Shown: positions 40,189 through 49,534 of the stretch, one piece after another
Position numbering within the stretch: position 1 is the first letter of the stretch
How the letters are laid out: each line of letters begins with the position of its first letter
Source of the DNA: Marsupella aquatica
Lineage: Eukaryota > Plantae > Marchantiophyta
DNA length: 64,000 nt
Reading direction: 5' to 3'
Assembly (NCBI GenBank): GCA_973895155.1
Contig: OZ316894.1
Coordinates: 26,149,240 to 26,213,239, forward strand
Notes under the pieces: model-generated
Databases searched by the model: none
What the model was told of the DNA's origin: nothing
Seen by the model: the letters and a program-made list of their open reading frames with translations, nothing else
Translations under genes and position numbers: made by a program

Positions 40189-41931
40189 TTACTCAGCTAG
40201 GGAGATGAGAATAGCAGCCCCCATCCCTAAGCTCATAGCAGCGACCTGAGACAAAGTGGTTCTAAGAGAATTGCCTTGGGAATGCATATCTGGCATCACT
40301 GCTCCCACTGCAATGTATATGAAACCACCGGCAGTGAAGCCCTCTATTAAAGATGAGTGTCCAGGATTTCCACCAACAAGCAATGCCAAAGCAGTACCAG
40401 CCAGGGCCATCAAAGCCGACAGAAAATTGAAGGCTAAAGCTTCGAAAACGCCAAACCCTGATCTCAGTAGTATTCCAAAGTCGCCCACCTCTTGAGGAAG
40501 TTCGTGAGCTAGAAGAAAAAGTGTCCTGGACCAACCGCCCACTGTTCCATGCAATAAGAAAGCTGAGCCCAACGCCATGCCGTCTGTGAAATTATGGACA
40601 CCGTCGGAGAAGAGATTGAGATAGCTCAGGACAAAATTCGATGCACGTCCCTGCTCTTCCTTGTTGCCTCCAATAAAATCCTCCGCACTTTTCACAACAG
40701 CTGATCGGTCTGCGTTTGCAGACAATTCAACTCCCCTTGCGTGTCGTTTTCTTAAACCTTTTGAATCAGAATCCTCCTCCACTACAGAGGTGTCGTCTTT
40801 GTTAGCAAGCTTCTTCACTTGGGTAATTTCCCCATCATCCTTCTTCACACGGTTGTGATGATGGCCGTGGCCAAACGAGTGTCCATGCACTGATAGTTCT
40901 TCGGTTCGTCTTACAATCTTCTCCACCAGGAAAAATAACAGAATTCCAGCAAGAACAGCCAGGCCAACAGACAAATCCTGCAGGGAGTGTCCATGTGGAT
41001 GCTCCCCTACTGCTGTCCCTTCATGCTCATGCGAGTGGTGTTCATGAGAACCGTGACTAGAATGGTTATGAGAATGGCCTCCTCCAGAAAAAGCATGGGG
41101 GAGTTGGTGAAGCAGGGCATCACCCAGCATGCAGCCAGCTCCAAAACCAGCTAGAGCATCAACCACCGTCCTGGATGGCTTACCTCCTCTCACAATTAAA
41201 GGAAGCAAGAGGAGGCAGACGAGAGAAGCCAAGCTCACCAGCAGTGAGCATCCCATTGCCCACAACCACAGCCCACTAGTCAGATTCGTCTCTAAAGCTT
41301 CATCCTCATGATGATGCCCTAGATGACTCTGAAACCCAAGCTCGTCCTCACGATGGCTATGACCTTGCCCTAATTTTACTAGCAGTGGGTTTTCTCCTCG
41401 CAATGTATCGTCGTGGTGGTGATGGTGGTGGTGGTGGTGGTCAGCATGTAGAAAATTGTGATGAGCTTGTCCGTTGTGGGAATGAGCATGGGATTCAGCA
41501 TGAGCACCATGCTCCAGAGAATGGGAATGAGGATGAGAATGAGAATCTGCTTGAGATTCATGACCATGGTCATGATGATCTTCGGAATGATCATGAGAAT
41601 GAGAATATAATTGAGGCTCACCATTGTGGTTAACGTCGTCGTGAGAATGGGCATGAGCTTCGCCATGCTTCTCATGATCGTGCTGGTGCTGTTCAACCTC
41701 TTCTCCGTGCTCACTACCACAATTGCTGCCCTCTTTCTCACACTCTGCTGGATCCCCACCGCAGTGGTGATGATCATGGTGGTGGTCGTGGTGATGTCTC
41801 TTTGGCACCATCTCATCAAAATCGACATCGACATTCCTATCGTGGTGGGCTGAGTAATCCGAATGACCCTGAATGAGAACCGCCAATATCAAAAGGAACA
41901 CCACCCGAGCGGCAGCAGCTGAATTCAACAT
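40189..41931 (-). CDS. IAR1: ZIP (SLC39) LIV-1/ZIP7-type metal transporter, IAR1-like, single exon
   Basis: Uninterrupted ORF. The likely start is ATG 41931 (MLNSAAAARVVFLLILAVLIQGHS, signal-peptide-like), although the ORF stays open to 42159. His-rich ectodomain, CSLLVSLASLVCL, MLGDALLHQLPHA, LFSDGVHNFTDG (TM4), HELPQEVGDFGIL (TM5) and FTAGGFIYIA. Confidence 0.92.
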   Translation of the reverse strand: MLNSAAAARVVFLLILAVLIQGHSDYSAHHDRNVDVDFDEMVPKRHHHDHHHDHHHCGGDPAECEKEGSNCGSEHGEEVEQHQHDHEKHGEAHAHSHDDVNHNGEPQLYSHSHDHSEDHHDHGHESQADSHSHPHSHSLEHGAHAESHAHSHNGQAHHNFLHADHHHHHHHHHDDTLRGENPLLVKLGQGHSHREDELGFQSHLGHHHEDEALETNLTSGLWLWAMGCSLLVSLASLVCLLLLPLIVRGGKPSRTVVDALAGFGAGCMLGDALLHQLPHAFSGGGHSHNHSSHGSHEHHSHEHEGTAVGEHPHGHSLQDLSVGLAVLAGILLFFLVEKIVRRTEELSVHGHSFGHGHHHNRVKKDDGEITQVKKLANKDDTSVVEEDSDSKGLRKRHARGVELSANADRSAVVKSAEDFIGGNKEEQGRASNFVLSYLNLFSDGVHNFTDGMALGSAFLLHGTVGGWSRTLFLLAHELPQEVGDFGILLRSGFGVFEALAFNFLSALMALAGTALALLVGGNPGHSSLIEGFTAGGFIYIAVGAVMPDMHSQGNSLRTTLSQVAAMSLGMGAAILISLAE

Positions 41932-42137
41932 AGTTCTGTCCCTTCTTCTCGTCCACTGCCACCGGCGTATGGTCATTACAATCCGTCCGCTTTGCCCGAC
42001 TGCTGCGAGAAACTTCAACGGGATGGTGAAGGCAGGTCGATCGAAAGATGGGTTTCGATCGAAACTCAATAGAAAGATGCGAGTTGAAAATGGTTGAGAG
42101 TGGCCGTTCGTTGAATTCTCGTTCGCTTGAGAGCCCC

Positions 42138-42366
42138 TTTTCCCTGACATGACACGCACCTGGAACGTTACATGTCATGTACTTTGTACATTACATTTCA
42201 TTTGCTGCTAAAAGCCTTTCCCTGACACGTCATACAGTTGGTAGTTTACCATCAGATTCTGTTTAAATCTTTTCCTCTGACATGTCATGCACTTGCAACA
42301 TTACATGTCATTTGCTGGTGGAAGCTTTTCCCTGCCAAGTCAAGCAACTGGTACATTACATGTCAT
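42138..42366. repeat. Degenerate 4-copy repeat rich in T(G/T)ACATGTCA palindromes, immediately upstream of the ZIP/IAR1 gene
   Basis: TTTCCCTGACA-like unit starts at ~42138, 42217, 42271 and 42327. TGACATGTCA at 42277; TTACATGTCA at 42168, 42301 and 42356; TGACACGTCA at 42223. Confidence 0.7.
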
Positions 42367-43424
42367 CGAGTCCTTTTGTTTCGTTCAACAGTTTGTGATC
42401 TTAAGACTGTCGTTCATGATATTCTCGATAGAGTGAAGCCATAAGCCATAATTTCTCATGTAAACGACAATTTTGACATTTAATGTATGTTTGTGAGTAG
42501 GGATGGACATAGAGAGCCCTTTCTATACAAATGCTCGGGTAGATACTCCTAACATCGTGTAGAGGCCAGATTATCATTTTTGGGAAGGAATCCTTCCTCC
42601 AATCCTTTTCACTCCAAGATTGGGACTCCTGAAGTGTCATACCTTGAAACATTGAGCCTAACATTTCAGGGCTCAGGATGATGACCTACACTCCCGTGCC
42701 CGCCCCCAAACTTTCAGTGAAGACACTGCACCCCAATGTTGCCACAATGCATTGTGGCAGGAGCTGTCAGCTTAAGGTAGGGAAAATTGTTGAGGAAGGT
42801 ATGAAGTACTCGCTTGAAGTGAAGAACTAATGGTTTAGGTTGCAACGCCCTAGACCCCCCCCCCCCAACCCCTTCCCCTTTATGTCTTACTTGAGAAAAT
42901 GTGCCACTGTTGGCATAGGTTATCAAGATGAAGTCCTTGAGGCGCATCAATTAGCCTCTATCTTATGATGTCCAGTAGAGGCCCTAACAACATGAATAAG
43001 ACAGTCTTTTCTGTATTTTTGTAGATGCCCAGTCCCATGCATCCGGAGGTTGTGAGACTCACTTGTTGTCACGCTCCACATCCCTCCAATGAAAGTTTGC
43101 AATATTTTCCTCAACATTTTCCTCAAAATTTGTTAGAGACCCCCATGACAAGTTTAGTTCCAAAATTCCAGGCACCTCATGCTGGAACATCATATTTCTG
43201 CCCCAATTTGTGCATGTTTGCGGTTTCCATAAACACAGGCTTTCGTGTTTGGGCAACGTCAGCAAAAATGATTGCACCTGGGAACCATAAGGAACTTAGA
43301 AAAACCAAAGCTACATTCCAAACAACAAAGAGCAAGAATGATAAAAAAAACCAAATGTAACAGTTTTAGTTTTATTTCAGATTTTGACAAAAAGTCCATG
43401 AATCACTTGAAAAACAATTTTCAT

Positions 43425-43970
43425 ATATTGATACAGCAGTGCTTAACATAAAAAAAACCCCCAGTAAACTAAAGTAAGTAAAAATTGCCTTTCTTCCCTT
43501 CCCACAGATTGCATGGTCATCTGTACAGATACAATTTGGCCACATCATATATTCACATACAGGCTTTGGCCAGGAATGAGCTAAATCATTCCCATATATG
43601 CTTCCTGTGACAGAAGCATCCTCAGGTATATTGATACATCAGTGTTTAACATCAAAAAATAGCCCCAGTATACTAAAGTAAGTAAAATTGCCTTCCTTCC
43701 CTTCCCACTGATTGCTAGGTCATCCATCACATTCACAAGTTTCTTGGAGGCACCGTTGGCGAAGCAGAAGCTTCACCCAATCTGAGCAACTTGACACATA
43801 TCATCAACCTAGTATACTACAATACATTGATATTAGTGTGGCCATGCTGTAGAATTGACGCGACATTAGATGGAATTTTAATTGGCCAAATCATCTTTCA
43901 CATACAGGCTTTGGCCAGGAACGAGCTAAATCATTCCCATATATGCCTCCTGTGATAGAAGCATCCTCAG
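43425..43970. repeat. ~200-bp duplication (A-B-A'-insert-B')
   Basis: A (ATATTGATACA.CAGTG...CCCTTCCCAC.GATTGC) at ~43425 and ~43628. B (TTCACATACAGGCTTTGGCCAGGAA.GAGCTAAATCATTCCCATAT...AGAAGCATCCTCAGG) at ~43550 and ~43897. Confidence 0.8.
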
Positions 43971-46751
43971 GCTCCCAGCCTCAAGTGCTAACCATATCAA
44001 CAACTATAATATCTTATCCTTGCAAAATGGTGGGTCATCCCTTCACAAACATACTTTTGGGGAGAATCGATGAGAACCTTCAGCTTTATCCCAAGAGTTT
44101 CTTGGGCAGGGACGTCATCTCAAAATGGGACAAGCTTTAAAGCTAAATGAAAATAAATGTATAAATGTCCAAAATAGAGTACATGTGATACATGAAGTGC
44201 AAGCCATACATGCATAGCCTACAACAAAGAAAGATCACCAATGAAGTATTTTTTCTCCACTTTGAAAAGTTTTACCTCTAAAGGTTTTTTCAGGTGGGGA
44301 GGTAATTTTTGCAGGTGTTTTATTATTGGGTTTTTAGTAGGTCCTATTTTTCTCAAGAACATTGGGGGTGTGTTTTTTCGCCTCCAGATTTCATTTTGTA
44401 ACTTACAAAATAATGGGTACTCCTTTTACATCAAGATGCTTACAACATTTTTGAAATATGTGTAGGAAAGGTTTTTGTAACTTTCACAAAAGCTACCTAA
44501 ACTTTGGTCACTCAAAGCTCAAATTCTAATAATTGAACCCGAATCGTCCTCACCTTACGGTATAGCACATGATAGGCTCCTTTACTGTGATTCCATGGTT
44601 GGGTTTGCAAAATTGAAGCCCTGATGAAACCTCCATGGTTTCCAAAATGCTCAGGTAGACTTTTGCAACCAGAGTGGATAGCTGGAAAAACTCCTTTCTC
44701 TACTTCTACAGTACATATTACACGCATGAGGAAAACGTGAATACAAATTTGAAAAGTCATCTGTGGAAATTGATTCTAAATGAATTTTGAGGATACTATG
44801 CTTATTGGAAAGATATTTCAAAGGGGCTTGTAACTAGCCCAAAACAGGTTATTTCCATTGGATACCAAGGTAGATATTGAACATCATAGTTAGCTGCCCA
44901 AAATTGTTCAGAACCAAGTGCATCGGTAATCTTTAGAAATCCACACCTCTTTTGATTTTTTTTTGTGAAAAATGGTTGGAAAAAAATTGTTTGGTAAGAT
45001 CTTCTAAAGATGCTTCAAAGAGCCTAAAAATCTTATTCTTTTAGATTTAGATGTCATGAGAGTTACTGGACTTTGGTCATTGGATTCTTTTGAATTTTGC
45101 TACGTCCATGAGAACACACAAGAACTGTACTGCACTCTAGGCCCGACGGCCATACCAAATCTTGTTAACACAAATTCTTCTTATCTCTCAACTGGCTCCG
45201 TACTAATGAGCCCGAGTTCCTCCTATCCAAACAAACACTGCTTGGGGTATAGTGTACAACATGGCTAACCTAACCAAGTCTGTGACTAAGGTTAATCTTA
45301 ACTACGGTTATAGTCATAACTCTAGATCTAAGAGTAAATATCTAACAAAATAACTCTTAAGTATTTCTATCAGTGTGGCATATCACCTTGTGCTAACAAG
45401 AAGATGCTACCATATTCCTAGATTAGTTTCTGTCCATGAGATCACCCTAGCTTCAAGGATAGCTATAAGATTCTGGATATTGGGGTATGTGGCTAATTTT
45501 GAAACTGGCTAGTGGATGATCGAAAACCTAGCAACTTTTTGCCAAAAGTGGTGAAGACTTTTTAGAGAGGTGGAATCTAGCAAAATTTTGCCACTAAAAA
45601 GATGCAGCCCAAAAGTTGCATAGAATAACCAAGCTGGGTGGGGGATCACTAGGCTGTGACTTTGTGTCCAGAATGTGCAAACAAGCTCACCTGTGGCAGC
45701 CCGGGAACGTTTTCAAAAGTTCCAGAACAAGGGTTAGACTATAGCCCTGGCCCAGACTTTTTCATTTGTAATTGTGTACTGAAAAGGCTATCCAGCTATC
45801 GAAATGGGCACAAGATCATGAGAATAACAGCACGGATGGTTGTGAGCCATAAATCCTCTCCAACCTGTGAGGGGTTATGAAATTTTGGCTCTTTGTGTCT
45901 AGCGTGCCTCTAAGGCTATCCAATTTCAGGTGCATTTTTGAGGTCAAAGTATAGCCGAATTTCACTCAGGTGGTTATGCTTGTCAACCCATGGCCACTCG
46001 GGGGCCATGGCTGTAACCCACTTGGGCTCACCAGATTTACCCTACCCAATCAGACAACCTACAATATCAGACATGCAACACACCTCCAGAAAATAGGGTT
46101 TTAGTTAGCTACTTAGCAGGCTTTTGTTGTTGTAGGGGACTCCTCTTCTTGGTGCTTGTTGGGTCTCTTGAGTTTGTTTTAGGTCTTTCACTTTTTTCTT
46201 CTCCCTTAGGATGTCTAAAAGCTTAGAAATTATGGATGATGGCATTCTATTATAAGGACTGGTCATAATTTTTCCACAAGGTTTTCTTTTTTTCTTTCAC
46301 CACTCTACAGTAAGTGATAATAATGGCATAAGACCAATCCTTATGGCAAAAAGTTATGGGTCCTCCTTAACTTTTGGTATCCATAACCCTAGGGGAGTCA
46401 AGGTCCATCAAATTATCACAATTGAGACCCCTCTTGGGTCTTTTTGCTTTTGCGGGATCCTGCCCCCATTTGGCACTGTGAATCTTTGTCATTTTGTGAC
46501 TGATGTATGTCTAAAAATGACGCGGGGTCTGGGATTCTGTGATATTTATCTGTCTAAAAATGACGCTGGTTGTGGGGTCGCTGGTTGGCTGCCTGACCCT
46601 GAGTTTGTGTGTCCCCTCCCCCGGTTCCCTCCCCGCTGGCCGGCCTACTACAGTGACGCCCTAAAGGTGGGAGGACTGTAGTTAGTACTGTACAGGAGTA
46701 GTCGTAGGGTAGGAGTGTAGGACACTAGGACTGTGCAATAATCAGAGAGCA

Positions 46752-46807
46752 GGGGGCAGCGAAGGGCAGGGGGAAGGGGCAGGGGAGGGGCAGGGGCAGG
46801 GGCAGGG
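46752..46807 (+). promoter_or_regulatory. G-quadruplex-forming G-tract cluster at the putative YODA promoter/TSS
   Basis: GGGGGCAGCGAAGGGCAGGGGGAAGGGGCAGGGGAGGGGCAGGGGCAGGGGCAGGG contains nine G3+ tracts, mostly with 1-2 nt loops. Confidence 0.55.
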
Positions 46808-47148
46808 CCCTGGCGGAAGTGCGGAATGTTGTCTTGGAGTCGAGTGTCAGAAATGGCGCTGCTGATGCAACTCGTGTGTTTGTTTGCGTTCGAATGATGC
46901 AGTTCGTAGCGCTTGCGCCTGCAAGGGAGACCAGACATTCGAGAGGCGGACAGAGCTTTCCGAAGCGAGAAGGAGTTGTTGAAGGCTTGAAGCCATTTTG
47001 AGTCGAGTGGGGGAGTCTAGTACTCTAGTAGTGGAGTCGAGTCGAGGCGAGTTTTGCTGCGGGAACGCTAGGACGACGACGAAGACGAACTTGCGGGGCG
47101 GTGGGAGCTTCGCACGGCTCCAGGCGGTACAACTGAAGTTGCGCGAGG

Positions 47149-47166
47149 TGTGTGTGTGTGTGTGTG
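47149..47166. repeat. (TG)9 microsatellite in the putative YODA leader
   Basis: Read directly from the sequence. Confidence 0.9.
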
Positions 47167-49534
47167 AGAAAGGGGCGGCGCGAGGGACGTGAGTGAACGG
47201 AGGAGGAGTTGGTTTGGTTGGTCGGGTGGGGGGCAGGGACGAGACACAGAGGGGAGACGAGGCAGAGGGAGGAAAGAGAGGTCCGAGAGCGAAGAGAAGC
47301 AGAGCAGCAGAATTGGTCGGGAGAGTGGTCTGTTTGTTTGCTTTTCGGGGTGGTCATGGTCTGTCGCAGCTGTGTGGCAGCTTGCTCGCACGTTCGCTCG
47401 GACGCGAGGGAGGGACGGAGAGGTGCTCTATGACGTAAAAAAAGAAGTAGCAGGCTGGGCAAAGCGAAGCAAAGCAATGCAAAGCAAATCAAATCAAATC
47501 AAAGCAAAGCAGGGAGAAAGGCAGGAGGAGGAAAAGGCTAGCGAAGGCTGCACGGATCACCTAAATACAGGCAGCGGGCAACGCAAATCACAGCAACGAG
47601 ACAGGGAGGAGGAAAGGGAAGGAGAGCAGAGGCTGGAGACAGCAATCTGAAAGCTAACAGGAGGGAAAGAGAAAGATCTGCTGAGGGTGTCTTACAGGAG
47701 AAAGGGGGAGATGGATAGAGAGATGTACAGAAAGAACTCTCAACAGTGACGTGAAAGCTATACGGAAAAACGGCAGATGTGTAGCTACTGTAGATAGGGA
47801 GTTTAGCAGGCGGCCAGCAGGCAGGATAGGCCAGACGGATAGAGGTAACGAGACGGAAAGAGGCGGAGGGAGGGAGGAAGGTAGGCAGACGGAGGCGTGA
47901 TCGGAGCAGGGCGATGGGCCCTGGGTTAGCACAAGGAAGTGAGGATGCGTTAGAGAGGCAGATATTTGAGGTATTGGAGTGAATAGGGGTCAGTTTTGCC
48001 GGACGAGGATGTGGACGACCAGAGACAGATGAGCGTCTCGAGGCGGGAGCATTTTCTAGTCAGGAGGAAGCTGCGGTAGTACGAAGGGACAAGGTTCAGA
48101 GATGCATGGGGTGGTGTCTTGGAGGGAGACTACATCGTCACGACGGCTACGAGGTTGGACGGAAGGGAATTGAGGGAATTCTTCGATGGTGACCGCAATG
48201 ATGAAAGCCAATGTAGGGGTTGGTTGCTAGAAGGCAGGACACGGATTATGAACAGCCAGGAGAGAGGATGATGTCTTGGACGATTGTAGGTTTTAGTAAG
48301 GGAGGTGGATCTACAACAATTGTGAAATGTTGATGGTCGTGGATGTTTAATAGTAGCAAGAAGGGCCTCGAAAGCAGTCTTTGAAGGTTGGAAGGCAGGG
48401 ACAATGGGAAACGGAGCAGCAGCACTTACATGTCTGACCTGTCCGTGTGGATATTGCGCTTGTTGGGACCGTGCTGCGGCGAGGCGGGAATGAATGACCT
48501 AACCAAGCACTTGTGGAGTTCTGCATTTCGGAATAGAGTACGTCGAGAGACTGTTCCGTCCGATGCCTGTTGTTTGAATGTTGTCCAGTTCATAGTCCAG
48601 ATTCTACTCGTTGGACCCCCCCCATTGGAGGGCTCGGGAGCCCAGGACGGTATTCCAACAAGTATCACGACCACTTGAACCTTGCTCAGGCGTAGAGCTC
48701 GCTGTCTGGTTCTGTGCAGGTTCAACCCTTCTTATCGCCATCGACCGTCCTTTGTTCCTCGGACACCTTTGCTGCTTGTCGCTCCCATTTCACCGTTCTT
48801 GGTTTGGGAATTGAGTAATTTCCCGTTTCCACCGCGGCCCAGCCCTCACATCGTGTATCAGGTTTGCTGTTCTTTCAATGCCTACGGTGTCGCAGTATTT
48901 TCGCATCTCCGAATAGAGTTTCTGTATTCGATGATTTTGGACCCCACCTTCTTGATTTTTAGGGGTGGGGCTATTGTTTTGACTTGTCCTTTTCTACCAT
49001 TTTTCCTCTCATCGCTTGTAGTCTCTTTCTTCGTATGGCAGGAATATGTACTTTTGCGCGATATCTCGGTGAATTGGTCCGGCGATTGTCAACGGCGCTT
49101 TTCTTTCTATTGCATCTGTCCGACGACGCGGTTATTCGTGTTGTGGTGCTGATCTTCTTGTGTGGGAGTTGGTGCTCCGTCGGGGGAATGTGTAATGCAT
49201 TAGGATGGGGGCCTACCACTGCTCGAGCTTCTTTAAGTCGTTGAGCTCCGGGTTTGAGCCGGAGCGTTGTGAGAACTCTTTTCATGGATGCGGCATCACA
49301 CATCGTACGTGAGTGGAGTTGGCGACGTGAGGGTTGGAATTACAGTGCCATCCCGCCTGGTTATTCCGAGGAAATTGGTTGCTTACCGTTACTAGGTCAG
49401 TACATTACGAGGTCAGTGCCGATGGAATAGAATCCATCGGCACTGTGGGACGTCTTATGCTGTCTTGTTTCTTCGGCTGCTCGCCTACTGCGGCTTTCTT
49501 TTTCCTCTCGACGGCCTGTACTGGCGCAAACCCT

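Noticed and set aside
41932-42159. 76-aa N-terminal extension of the ZIP ORF given in the ORF track
   Set aside because: It would bury the signal-peptide-like segment and begins within the promoter repeat. It is more likely 5'UTR, although upstream in-frame ATGs cannot be excluded.
44241-45080. AT-rich segment that looks like DNA-transposon internal sequence
   Set aside because: No TIR, TSD or transposase motif could be identified by eye.
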